Shown here piece after piece: positions 28,929-38,712 of a stretch of 64,000 nt of DNA. The position numbers were made by a program, and so were the translations under genes. Location: contig CAZHTP010000003.1 in assembly GCA_964535655.1 (NCBI GenBank), positions 131,396 through 195,395 of the forward strand, given 5' to 3'. Source of the stretch: an uncultured Gammaproteobacteria bacterium (GTDB lineage: Bacteria; Patescibacteriota; Microgenomatia; JALYQM01). The notes below the pieces were generated by a model. That model made no database searches. It had not been told where the DNA came from and saw nothing but the letters and a program-made list of their open reading frames with translations. The stretch's first letter is position 1; each line of letters begins with the position of its first letter.

Positions 28929-30868
28929 TTGTTTTGATTATACCGTATTTGATAGAGGAACAATCCCTTTTTTTCTAATTTGTCCGCAATAAAATTATCA
29001 CTATTTTTACAATCTATTTGTTTTTCGCTTAAAAGGTATTTTGCATCCAATTTCTGCATGGTTTTTGCCGCCTGGTCTATCTGACATTGATCAGTGTAAG
29101 AATAAAGTTGGTCCAGATTTGCGAGGCGCGCTTTTTCTATGCCTCCGGCATCAAAAGGGGTACTGCTTTTTTCGTAATACACACTTCGGGCGCTTAAAGC
29201 AGACACATACGGTGCATGCGGCCAAATAATCTTTCCGCCTGGATCACGATTTGGAAGAAATACGATAAATTGGGATGGATCTACTTTATGATTAATTTCG
29301 TTAAGAATATCTAATTGTGGATATGAAACAACAACTTCCGGTTCCTTTAGGCCATTATTGCTGAAATCCTGCGCATACCCGACGAGTCCAGGAACTAACG
29401 CAATACATATAATAATTACTCTGACCAAGATGGATCTGTTTTTCTCGAGGAAGCTACCGACAACTATTCCTGTCGGTATTGATAATAAGGCTACGGCAAG
29501 CCATAAAAATTGACCGATATCAAACACTCCCTGGGATTGAATGAAGAAAGAAGGGATGAGAAGTGCTGCGACGGTAGAACAGAATAGTAGAATTGCCGCG
29601 CTACTTTGATATAGTTTTTTCTTGTGTAATTCATTTATTCCTAGAAGTAAAAGCACTCGACTTCCGATACTTAATGCCCAAAATAAAGTGACTGCCTGCA
29701 GGTACAACAGTAAAAGTCGCGCAAGATTGTTGTGTTCAAGAAAGATTGTTTTTTTGATATACCAGTGCCAACTATCAAATTTGTCCTGAGCTATGAAATG
29801 CTCATAATAAAGCCCTGGCGCCCAGACAAGACTTCCCTGCCCCCAATTTGATGGGAGGTAGGTGATTGCAGTGATAAGGAAGGCTGTTACTGTTACTAAA
29901 AATAGATTATATGTACTCACTATTTTTCTCGTACAAACAAGCTGCCAAAGAATGAGTGTTCCCATCCCTATTAGTCCTATAATCCCGGCATAGACTTTGG
30001 TTTGAGCAATCACTCCTATGAGCAATCCAGCGATTACTGCTTTTCGTCGATTAGATTCTTCAGATAGTACTACTGCCCAACCAGTGAGTAAAAAACTAAT
30101 GGCGAGAAGCCAGGAGGGATTATGAATTAGCCCAAGTGGGTCGACCACTCCGGTATATAAAAGCACACTATCACTTATGAGAGGAATAAAACTTCGACCA
30201 AAATAGGCCACTACTAAAACCCATAGTTTTTGTTTCTGACTAATTCTGAGGATACCGCCCAATAAGTAGAATGAAGCGCCATAAAGAAGAGATGTAAATA
30301 GGGCGAAATGACGGAATAATAAATCTATTGGGTTAAAGCCAAAAAACAATGAGAAACGACTTAGGAGGAACGGGTAAAAGTAATGATATCCGCGCATTTC
30401 GATTCCAGCTAACCCAGGCCTGGTTGGTGGAAAATGGTTTGTCATATTTTGAATGTAGGCTAAGAGAATAAACCCATCAACACTGTTTGTACCAAAAAAT
30501 TGAAGTCCTTTTGATGAGTAACTGCCGCTTTGAAAATCGAGAAATAGAAAAGCTAGCGATCCGAGCAGAATTATAAAAAGAGATTTACGATCGAGTGTAA
30601 TAAAGTTAATTTTTACTCGGTAGAGTCTGTATTTTAAGAAAATGAGTAACGTAATAAAAAGTAGTACTAATGGCAATTTTGTAACACCTGCCCACGCACT
30701 GAGATATGAAACTAATGTAAATACTGCAACTCCGAAAACCCATGAAAGAATAAACGATGTGCATTCTGAATATTTGACTCTTAATACCCATATTAGTAAT
30801 TTTCCGGGAATATAGAAACTGAGGTAAGCGAAGAAAAAGAATTGAAGAAGCTGTAGAAAAAAAAGCAT
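28925..30868 (-). CDS. large polytopic membrane protein (647 aa, >12 TM, C-terminal soluble domain); possibly another GT-C-like enzyme or polymerase
   Basis: Hydrophobicity pattern; embedded in and translationally overlapping the GT-C array; no motif recognised. Confidence 0.4.
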   Translation of the reverse strand: MLFFLQLLQFFFFAYLSFYIPGKLLIWVLRVKYSECTSFILSWVFGVAVFTLVSYLSAWAGVTKLPLVLLFITLLIFLKYRLYRVKINFITLDRKSLFIILLGSLAFLFLDFQSGSYSSKGLQFFGTNSVDGFILLAYIQNMTNHFPPTRPGLAGIEMRGYHYFYPFLLSRFSLFFGFNPIDLLFRHFALFTSLLYGASFYLLGGILRISQKQKLWVLVVAYFGRSFIPLISDSVLLYTGVVDPLGLIHNPSWLLAISFLLTGWAVVLSEESNRRKAVIAGLLIGVIAQTKVYAGIIGLIGMGTLILWQLVCTRKIVSTYNLFLVTVTAFLITAITYLPSNWGQGSLVWAPGLYYEHFIAQDKFDSWHWYIKKTIFLEHNNLARLLLLYLQAVTLFWALSIGSRVLLLLGINELHKKKLYQSSAAILLFCSTVAALLIPSFFIQSQGVFDIGQFLWLAVALLSIPTGIVVGSFLEKNRSILVRVIIICIALVPGLVGYAQDFSNNGLKEPEVVVSYPQLDILNEINHKVDPSQFIVFLPNRDPGGKIIWPHAPYVSALSARSVYYEKSSTPFDAGGIEKARLANLDQLYSYTDQCQIDQAAKTMQKLDAKYLLSEKQIDCKNSDNFIADKLEKKGLFLYQIRYNQNK

Positions 30869-30929
30869 TGTATGATTTACCCTTATTATTCCCTTACAAC
30901 TTGAAAAGTTATGAAAGTTGTGGATGTTA

Positions 30930-31439
30930 TTATATCTTTTTGTAACTATATTTACTTAAAATTGGCTCAAGATCTGCATAGGTTTTACCCTGAACCTGGG
31001 CAATAAATTTTTCCTGAGTTACGTCGACGAGACAAAAATCGGGCATTACAAATGTGTTTTTCTCTCGTTCGGTGGGAAATTCGCAATCGATCGAGACGAG
31101 CCCTTCTAGGGCGTCTTGGAACATATCTAATTCCATATTTAACCCATTATAGTTGTAAAAATATCTTATTTTGTGTAATTCTATACCTGGTAACTGCATT
31201 AGAACATTAAATTCATCCTCGTTAAGTTTGATAGTTTCTTCGATTTGAACTGAGGCATCTTCAGGATATTGTTGAGATTTTTTTGTTAGTTCGAATTTAT
31301 CGTCTTTCTTACGCAATCTTAATTTATGCGGAGAGGTGGTTTTGATGTATTTATCGTGAATATTTGTACGTTCGCATTCCTCGAGATTTTTAGGAAGATA
31401 TTTAGCCAAGTACGTTACTTCGATTTCAAGTTCGGACAT
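30930..31439 (-). CDS. CYTH-domain (triphosphate tunnel metalloenzyme) family protein
   Basis: N-terminal ELEIEVTY (ExE motif). Mid-protein basic residues. C-terminal LVSIDCEF resembling the terminal ExE motif of CYTH/CyaB-like proteins. Confidence 0.45.
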   Translation of the reverse strand: MSELEIEVTYLAKYLPKNLEECERTNIHDKYIKTTSPHKLRLRKKDDKFELTKKSQQYPEDASVQIEETIKLNEDEFNVLMQLPGIELHKIRYFYNYNGLNMELDMFQDALEGLVSIDCEFPTEREKNTFVMPDFCLVDVTQEKFIAQVQGKTYADLEPILSKYSYKKI

Positions 31440-31450
31440 ATTTTTAATCT

Positions 31451-33172
31451 TTAACTTTTAACTATATAGATAATTGGTTTACCTGATAAATCTAACATTT
31501 TTTCATCTGGTATAAGTTTTCCAGGAAAATCACTTGGTGATCCGATCATTAATGAATGAGGAATTTTACGCTGTTTTTCGTAATCGAAATTGTGGAATTT
31601 AATTTTTCCGACTCTGTTTTGGGTTTCTGAAAAGCCACCGCTCACTGTGCCCCCCTGAGAAAGATACTCTCGCGGGGAATAATTGCCATACCATAAGAAC
31701 CAGAGATATGACCAATCCAAGGAGAGTGACACCGTGATGCTATCGTAATTTTCTTTTTTGCTTTCAATAATTTGAACCGCTTCTTTTCTTCTATAGAGCC
31801 AGTACGCACTAAACTCCTTCGGAAGAAGGATAGTGTAAGAAATGAGATAGTGGATGACTGAAAATCCCATGACGATAAAAATTAAAAGAAATGAAACTTT
31901 AGGCCAGGTCCATTTAAGAAACTTATTAAACTTGTCATCACCGGTTTTTGCGGGAGGCCTGGTGTATGACTTAAGATCGTATCTTTGAATTTCTTTAATT
32001 ACAACCCACAAGCCTATTCCTGTTACTAATGAGAGAACCGGCAATAACAGTAAGGCACGGATTGAATGTGGTACTTGCCAGGTTAAGGCCGCTGGAATGG
32101 GAGCGATAAAACCTAGCCATAACGGAAGAAATGCATTTAATTGTTTTCTGTTGCGAATTAGGAACGTTATTCCGACTAGAATCAACGGTAATTGCCAAAC
32201 ATAAAGAAGCCCAAAACCTGGCACCTGGTGACGAGGTAGATCAGCAAAAACAAATAAGAAACTATAATTAAAATGCGATAAATAATTGGCCGTGACACTT
32301 TGCGCTATGGGAATACGGAAATTATGCACTTTTGAACTAAGCCATCCGTCACCGTTATCAAAATCTTCTTTAGCAAGCTTATTATTTCGAGCAAAAATTT
32401 CAATAACTTTCTTGCCTAAAATAGTAGTGGCGTTGTAGCGGGCTAGCCCGTCTCCCTGGTACATCTGTAGAAACAAAGGTATACACAGAAGTAACGCAAT
32501 AAACCCTCCGGCAATTATTTGCTTTTTAGCAGTTAGAAGTTCTCTTCCATAGGAAATCAGGTATCCTAGCAGGAAAAGTGGAATTAGGAGCCGAGCATTC
32601 GCATACGAATATAAGGCAAGTGTAAAGGCTACTACTGAGTACATTAGAGTTGTAAAATTTCTTTGTTGACTCCACTTTAATAGAAATAATATACCGGCTA
32701 ATTCCCAAAACAAAGCGATATTTGCTTCAAAAGCTACTCTGGAAAAATGGATATGCCAAGGGGAGATAGTTAGGATAGCGGCTGCAAATAGCGAAATATT
32801 GGCAATACGATTTTTCCAGATGGGAATGGTTGTTGTTGTGCGTAACATGTGTTGGCAGAGCAAATAAAATATCGGAATGGTTAACACTCCAAAAAAAGCC
32901 GAAGTAAACCTTATGGCAAATTCATTTTTTCCAAAAAGAAAAAGTGCTGCTGAGGTTAAATAAATATATAGTGGGGATTTATAATCATCGAATGAACGGA
33001 AAGTTAAGGGGAGATATGTCCCATATTCGTCTTTCCCAGTTTGTAGAATTGAATAGGCGTTCCAGCCAATTGCGACTTCATCCCAGTTTAGAGAAGGGGG
33101 ATTGCTTCCTAAGGCAATAAAACGAAAGAGCGCACCTAAAATAATGAGTATAATTAATAGCTTTAGACGCAT
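31451..33172 (-). CDS. GT-C membrane glycosyltransferase, PMT_2 family, paralog 2
   Basis: LFRFIALGSNPPSLNWDEVAIGWNAYSILQTGKDEYG. Confidence 0.75.
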   Translation of the reverse strand: MRLKLLIILIILGALFRFIALGSNPPSLNWDEVAIGWNAYSILQTGKDEYGTYLPLTFRSFDDYKSPLYIYLTSAALFLFGKNEFAIRFTSAFFGVLTIPIFYLLCQHMLRTTTTIPIWKNRIANISLFAAAILTISPWHIHFSRVAFEANIALFWELAGILFLLKWSQQRNFTTLMYSVVAFTLALYSYANARLLIPLFLLGYLISYGRELLTAKKQIIAGGFIALLLCIPLFLQMYQGDGLARYNATTILGKKVIEIFARNNKLAKEDFDNGDGWLSSKVHNFRIPIAQSVTANYLSHFNYSFLFVFADLPRHQVPGFGLLYVWQLPLILVGITFLIRNRKQLNAFLPLWLGFIAPIPAALTWQVPHSIRALLLLPVLSLVTGIGLWVVIKEIQRYDLKSYTRPPAKTGDDKFNKFLKWTWPKVSFLLIFIVMGFSVIHYLISYTILLPKEFSAYWLYRRKEAVQIIESKKENYDSITVSLSLDWSYLWFLWYGNYSPREYLSQGGTVSGGFSETQNRVGKIKFHNFDYEKQRKIPHSLMIGSPSDFPGKLIPDEKMLDLSGKPIIYIVKS

Positions 33173-33174
33173 AG

Positions 33175-34971
33175 TTACTTTACAAAAGGATTACCATTTT
33201 CATCGAGGTATCCCAACTCAATTAACGCATCAGCGCCGGTAGGAACTTTGCTTAGGATAAAAACCGGCTCGCCATTTAATCGGTTAATTGTCTCTTTGAA
33301 ATATTTTTTTGAAGTAAGTTCAGAAGGTGTCCCTACTAATAATACTTTCTCCCCTGCTTGCTGTTTGGAAATTTCGTTTCGCCAGTTAATTCCGCGAAAC
33401 TCGAATTTATTAAATCCGTCAACCGTGATGAATCCAAACCCAGTTTCGTCGGTGTGTGCTTTTCGTTCTTTTTGAAATAATGCTGGAGGATACTTTAAGT
33501 AAAATAGTGTTTCAATATACGGGCGTCCCTGACCATCAGTTATAATGATACGGTCGTACTGATCTTTTACCTTAGCTACTTCACTGATCATCTCTTTATA
33601 ACCATATTGCCACTCCTGAGAAGTCCAGTTTGAGTAATGAACATAATAATTATGTAAATAGTAATAGACTGTGGAAGTAAGTATTACTCCAGAAAAAATA
33701 ACCACTAAAAGTGAGCTTACTGTAAAATTACTCACTTTTTTATTGAGCACAGGCCAACCCCACTGCATTTTATTTAAACGATTGATTACATAAATGAAGG
33801 CATAGGCTTCAATGATTTGAAAAGTTGGTAAAATATTTAGACTTCGCAGTGCATGGGGAGTTTCCCTTGCAAAAGCCGCTGGAACTGGTGCTAAAAACAT
33901 CCAACCAAGAATAACTAGCTGTTCTGGCTTACGCCGGGAAAGGAATAGATACAGACCAATAAGTAAGAAAGGTAGCTCAATAATATACAATTCTCCTACA
34001 TCCTGGAGAGAAAAGCGCGGGTTTATATCTCCCGAAATAAATAAGAATTTTCCGGAAAAATGCTGAAAATAACCGTCAATCCAATTTTGAGCATAAATCA
34101 TGCGGCGATTATTTAAAATTTTAGCCCACCAGGTGTTACCTAAGTGCGCAATCCTTTCGTTGGACAGTTCGACAGGAAGAGGATCAGAAAAGATATTAAC
34201 CTCTTTGTATCGTAATTGGCCCTCGTGTGATGCTACATGTGGTACCAGAGGCAAAAGAATTGCCAAGGATATCAAGCTGGCAACAAGAAGTTTTAGCGTG
34301 CTTTTTTTATCATTAAATAACTGCTTACGGTAGATTATTGCCAGAAGAATGACCATGAGGGGTGTAAAGACGCGATTAGAATTGAAAGTGTAAAAGGTTG
34401 ATACAAACGAGATACCCGAAAGGACTAATAATAACGCTTTGTAATTTTCATTTTCAAGCGACTTAAAGAATAAGTAGATTCCCAGTAGTACTAGAAATAA
34501 CGCTACGTTAGCTTCATAGGCAACGCGAGATATCTGGGTATGCCACGGTGAGATAGCAAAGAGAAAGGCTGCAAGTAAAGCAATCCATTCAATTGTATTT
34601 TTGTGTAAGAATGTGGGCTCGTGACTGGCTAGCCTTTTAAGTAGTTGCAGTGTTATTAGGTAGGCTACTATAACTGAAAGCGACCCGAAAAAAGCTGAAG
34701 GAAACCGGGTAGTCCATTCGTTCAGCCCGAAGAGTTTAATCATTGGCACTTCGGAGTAAATATACACTGGAGGCTTAAAGTCTCCAAATGAACGAAAATA
34801 CTGGATTGGCATGAAGGCGCCTTCTTCATCCCGTGCGGTTTCGGAGATTGAATAGGCATTATAGCCAAGGGCTACCTCGTCCCAATACAGGGATGGAGGA
34901 TTAATTCCAAGATGATAAAACCTTAAAACGAAGGCGATACCAATAATTATGATTAAGAGAATTTTTTTCAT
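33175..34971 (-). CDS. GT-C membrane glycosyltransferase, PMT_2 family, paralog 3
   Basis: VLRFYHLGINPPSLYWDEVALGYNAYSISETARDEEG. Confidence 0.75.
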   Translation of the reverse strand: MKKILLIIIIGIAFVLRFYHLGINPPSLYWDEVALGYNAYSISETARDEEGAFMPIQYFRSFGDFKPPVYIYSEVPMIKLFGLNEWTTRFPSAFFGSLSVIVAYLITLQLLKRLASHEPTFLHKNTIEWIALLAAFLFAISPWHTQISRVAYEANVALFLVLLGIYLFFKSLENENYKALLLVLSGISFVSTFYTFNSNRVFTPLMVILLAIIYRKQLFNDKKSTLKLLVASLISLAILLPLVPHVASHEGQLRYKEVNIFSDPLPVELSNERIAHLGNTWWAKILNNRRMIYAQNWIDGYFQHFSGKFLFISGDINPRFSLQDVGELYIIELPFLLIGLYLFLSRRKPEQLVILGWMFLAPVPAAFARETPHALRSLNILPTFQIIEAYAFIYVINRLNKMQWGWPVLNKKVSNFTVSSLLVVIFSGVILTSTVYYYLHNYYVHYSNWTSQEWQYGYKEMISEVAKVKDQYDRIIITDGQGRPYIETLFYLKYPPALFQKERKAHTDETGFGFITVDGFNKFEFRGINWRNEISKQQAGEKVLLVGTPSELTSKKYFKETINRLNGEPVFILSKVPTGADALIELGYLDENGNPFVK

Positions 34972-36620
34972 TTTATTATTTTAAATAATATTCTTTGGTC
35001 ATCTTTTGCTAGAATAGTTTGATTACCAAATGCTGCCTCGGGTGAACCTATAACCAAGGAACTAGGTGGGAGCTTTAAGTCCTCAAAAGATTTATTTTTT
35101 GTATTTATTTCTCCAAAATAATACTTGCCACATTGTACCATCTCAGAACCGGCGATTAAGACTTTTGATTGCGAGCAGTGTTGATACTCTGCTGGGTCGA
35201 GTTTAGAATAAAAAGCATAATACATTTCGGTTTTGCCGTAATACCTGGTTATAAAAATGTGATCAAAGTTGTTTTCTTCGTTTCTTGCATAATTTATTGC
35301 TTCTTTTTGCATGCCATCGTACCAATAATTACCATACACTGGGTAGACATATATATAACGCACTAACCAATTTGAAAATGAGAACGCAAATAATATAAAT
35401 AACATTCTAATTGCTAAAGATTCTGATTTAGCTTTCTTAAAATAATCCAGAAAAAATACTATTCCATATGAAGCAAAGATCATAGGGATAGGTAAAAGCG
35501 CGATACTTCTCAATCCATAGGACTTTCCTACTAAAGCTGTAGGAAAAATTGAGATAAGAATCCACGCTGAGAGAAATATAAACAGTTTTCTATTCCTTTT
35601 GAAACAAACTAAAAGCCCCAATAAGAAAAAAGGTGCTTCGAGTATGTAAAACATTCCATGATTTCCAATGGCATAACGCAATGAACTGTCTCCCGCTACA
35701 TACCAGAATGAAGCCGAAAGATTATCTCCATAAAATTCGAGAAAATCGCGAAGCCAAATATTGGGTTTGTTAAATAAAAGAGAGTTGAGCGCCGGTGGTG
35801 CCAGGGACTGATTACGCATCATAATTACCCGTTCACTCACTTTTGGATCTGAAAATATATTAATCTTGGCAAAACGAGCCTGGCCATTAGAAAATATTGC
35901 CAAATACGCAATAGGTACAGACAGGAGCGCGAACAAGAATATGTATCTTACTGTGAAACGGATGTATTTTTTTGAGTCGAATTTTTTTGTTATCCAAAAT
36001 CCCCAGCTCCATAGCAATACAATGAGCATCGGAACAAAAAGCTTGGTTGTGTAATAGGTATACATCGCGAGAACAAATGAAAAGTTAGACAGTAAAAAAT
36101 GTCGCCATTTTTCAGTTTTGAGCCAGCAAAGGAAAAAATATACTCCTGCTAAGCCAAATGTAAGGGCCATATTAGCTTCATACCCTCCCCTACTTACTAA
36201 GATATGCCAGGGAGAAATTGCTAACAACGCTGCTGCTATTAATGCTAGGTTCTCGCTTCTGATATCGTTTTCTTTGTTCAGGTCAAAAAATGTTGCAAGT
36301 TGTTTTACTATCGCATAGGTAAGATACACTGCAGCGATGCCACTCAGTGCTGACGGCAAGCGAACTGCATAGGCCGATACGCCAAAGACTCTTTCAAATA
36401 TTAGTACGATATAAATATATGCGGGGTTTTTTTGATCTCCCCATGACTCAAACTGAATTGGTAATAGTTTAGAAAATTCATCTTTGCCGGTTTTAAGTAC
36501 CGAATAAGCATTATAACCGATGGAGATTTCGTCGCCATAGAGTGAGGGCATATGACTACCAAGAAAGAGTATCCTGAGTAGTGCGGCAAAAATAATAATT
36601 GTAGTTAGCCATTTATTCAT
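34968..36620 (-). CDS. GT-C membrane glycosyltransferase, PMT_2 family, paralog 4
   Basis: LLRILFLGSHMPSLYGDEISIGYNAYSVLKTGKDEFS. Confidence 0.7.
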   Translation of the reverse strand: MNKWLTTIIIFAALLRILFLGSHMPSLYGDEISIGYNAYSVLKTGKDEFSKLLPIQFESWGDQKNPAYIYIVLIFERVFGVSAYAVRLPSALSGIAAVYLTYAIVKQLATFFDLNKENDIRSENLALIAAALLAISPWHILVSRGGYEANMALTFGLAGVYFFLCWLKTEKWRHFLLSNFSFVLAMYTYYTTKLFVPMLIVLLWSWGFWITKKFDSKKYIRFTVRYIFLFALLSVPIAYLAIFSNGQARFAKINIFSDPKVSERVIMMRNQSLAPPALNSLLFNKPNIWLRDFLEFYGDNLSASFWYVAGDSSLRYAIGNHGMFYILEAPFFLLGLLVCFKRNRKLFIFLSAWILISIFPTALVGKSYGLRSIALLPIPMIFASYGIVFFLDYFKKAKSESLAIRMLFILFAFSFSNWLVRYIYVYPVYGNYWYDGMQKEAINYARNEENNFDHIFITRYYGKTEMYYAFYSKLDPAEYQHCSQSKVLIAGSEMVQCGKYYFGEINTKNKSFEDLKLPPSSLVIGSPEAAFGNQTILAKDDQRILFKIIK

Positions 36621-36693
36621 AAAAATGTTTGCTGGTAAGCCGTTGTAGCCTTAGTATACCATTCCAATCTCTTCAATGATAAACTCAACTTAA

Positions 36694-38430
36694 ATGAATT
36701 TACCGTTACGGCGATTGATACTTGTAAGTATTCTTGCTTCTATTGCATGTCGTTTTTTGTTTCTGGATCGATTCCCGGCAGGAATCTCCCATGACGAAGT
36801 AGAATATGTCTTAAGTAGTGCTTCTTACGCGTTCACCGGTACTGATTTATCGGGTATAGGATTCCCTTTAAGTTTATTTAAAACTGAAACGCATGGGCAT
36901 ATTAGCCCAATACCTCCATTATTTCTGGCTCCTTATTTCTACTTTATTCCAGTGAATCAATTTTCCGCTCGCTTGCCTTATATATTAATTTCTTTACTTA
37001 CTATTTTCGTTCTTTATACGTTGTGTGTATTACTTTTTAAAAGTTCGTCACTGGCTCTGGTTGTAACATTTATCTTTACTGTTTCGCCTTGGGGATTTTA
37101 TTTATCACGCTGGGCTGCAGATACTCCTTTTGCTCTTCTCTTCTTTTTATGGGGAATTTATTTCTTTCTCTCTGAAAATAAATGGAAATTTTCTTCATCC
37201 GTTCTTTTATTTATACTGGGATTTTTTTCCTACAATGGAGCTAAACTATTATTCTTTCCATTACTACTTTTTCTATTGTTTTATCGGTGGAAAATTAACC
37301 GAGCAGGATGGTTTAGTCGTACCATTTTTTTAAAGCTTATTGGCGCGGTCTCGATCTTTTTCTTTGGATATTTTGTAATCAGTTATCTTATACCGGGATC
37401 AATTGCCCAGGAACGCGACTCAGAAATTGTTTTTTTGAACTCAAAATTACTTCAAGAAAAAGTTAATTATCTGCGAGAGCAGGAACTAGAATTTCCACTA
37501 AACTATTTATTTATAAATAAATTTACTGTAGCTCTTCAGATTATGCTGGAAAAATATGTAAGCGCTTTTTCCGCAATTTCGTTATTTGCTACTGGTGACC
37601 CAGATATAGTGTACCGAACTGACCTGATTGGATTATTCCTTCCTTTTGAATTAGTTACGATTTTTGTTGGTATGTATTATCTACGGAGCCGGTATCGTCG
37701 CGAGGCATTCTTGCTTATGGGTCTCACATTGCTCGCTCCCCTTGCCACTACATTAAGTGGCAATTCCACTTCAATTCTGCAGCGTTCGTTTTTGCTTTTA
37801 CCGTTGCTTTCAATTTATAGTGGGGCTGGTATTTACTGCAGTTATCTTTTTGCTTCGCGCTCTATTAACTTCCGCATTGTTTCACTCGTTTGGGGAAGTA
37901 TTATTGGTTTATTTTTTATAACTTTTTTACATTTTTATTTCTTTCAGTGGCCGATGTTATCTTTGGAGGGATTTACCTTACAAGGTAGATTGGGAGCTGA
38001 GTATTTACATAGATTTCCAAAGAATAGTGAGATTAAAGTTATAGCAACAAATAGTCGGGGCGCTTATTTACAATATATATTCTTTTCAGAACCTGCTACC
38101 CAAAGGAAATTCTTTCAAAACCGGTTTGATGATTTCTTACATAAAAATTATTCAATCGAAACTTTACTTTTTACCGATCATTGTCCTGATTTTTCTGAAC
38201 CCGAGTTTTCATATTTAATTCAGCGCGAAGCATCACCGTGTAAGAGAATTGGCTTTCCGAATGCAGAAATCGTGAGCCAACGTGATTTAAAAATGTTATT
38301 GCAAATTCATTCCGATAAAGTTTGTGTTCGTCTGGCTTTGAATGTTACTAAAGCGCGTCCACGTTTATGGGATTTTGACTTTTTAGCTATGAGCAATGAG
38401 AGATTCTGCAGAACCTGGTTAAGTAATTAA
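36694..38430 (+). CDS. GT-C membrane glycosyltransferase, PMT_2 family, divergent paralog 5
   Basis: CRFLFLDRFPAGISHDEVEYVLSSASYAFTGTDLSG. Same architecture, but the most diverged member and on the opposite strand. Confidence 0.6.
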   Translation: MNLPLRRLILVSILASIACRFLFLDRFPAGISHDEVEYVLSSASYAFTGTDLSGIGFPLSLFKTETHGHISPIPPLFLAPYFYFIPVNQFSARLPYILISLLTIFVLYTLCVLLFKSSSLALVVTFIFTVSPWGFYLSRWAADTPFALLFFLWGIYFFLSENKWKFSSSVLLFILGFFSYNGAKLLFFPLLLFLLFYRWKINRAGWFSRTIFLKLIGAVSIFFFGYFVISYLIPGSIAQERDSEIVFLNSKLLQEKVNYLREQELEFPLNYLFINKFTVALQIMLEKYVSAFSAISLFATGDPDIVYRTDLIGLFLPFELVTIFVGMYYLRSRYRREAFLLMGLTLLAPLATTLSGNSTSILQRSFLLLPLLSIYSGAGIYCSYLFASRSINFRIVSLVWGSIIGLFFITFLHFYFFQWPMLSLEGFTLQGRLGAEYLHRFPKNSEIKVIATNSRGAYLQYIFFSEPATQRKFFQNRFDDFLHKNYSIETLLFTDHCPDFSEPEFSYLIQREASPCKRIGFPNAEIVSQRDLKMLLQIHSDKVCVRLALNVTKARPRLWDFDFLAMSNERFCRTWLSN

Positions 38431-38710
38431 CTTAGTGCTTTGATAATTTCTTTTCTTAACCACAACTTTTTTGTCTTACCAATATTTTCTTCGAAGGTAG
38501 CATCAATTTTATTAGTGAGTTGCGTTTTTACCAATTCGTCGGCGGTTTCTATCACAAAGTTTGAAAAATGTTTTGGTTCGGAGATATGCTAGGTAGTACT
38601 ACATCGGCTGGAATGTTTTTTAAGTCGCAGAGTTCTTTATAGGCAATCGCACAGGCATAGGCATCGATATCTGTATATTTATTCCCGGATGTAATAATTA
38701 ATTGTTTCAT
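38427..38710 (-). pseudogene. frameshifted N-terminal remnant of a DHH-family phosphoesterase (family II inorganic pyrophosphatase / NrnA-like)
   Basis: Manual translation: MKQLIITSGNKYTDIDAYACAIAYKELCDLKNIPADVVLPSIS. A frameshift then gives EPKHFSNFVIETADELVKTQLTNKIDATFEENIGKTKKLWLRKEIIKALS*. This resembles the first ~90 aa of PpaC-like DHH proteins (~310 aa). Its 3' end overlaps the stop of the convergent gene. Confidence 0.4.
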
Positions 38711-38712
38711 AG

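Noticed and set aside
36621-36693. Divergent promoter between GT-C paralogs 4 and 5
   Set aside because: A 73-bp AT-rich gap with TTGTAG / TAGTATACC-like hexamers. The spacing is not convincing, so it is not annotated.
38552-38710. Stand-alone 52-aa ORF
   Set aside because: It is not a complete small gene: the downstream sequence continues the same protein in another frame, so it is treated as a frameshifted remnant.
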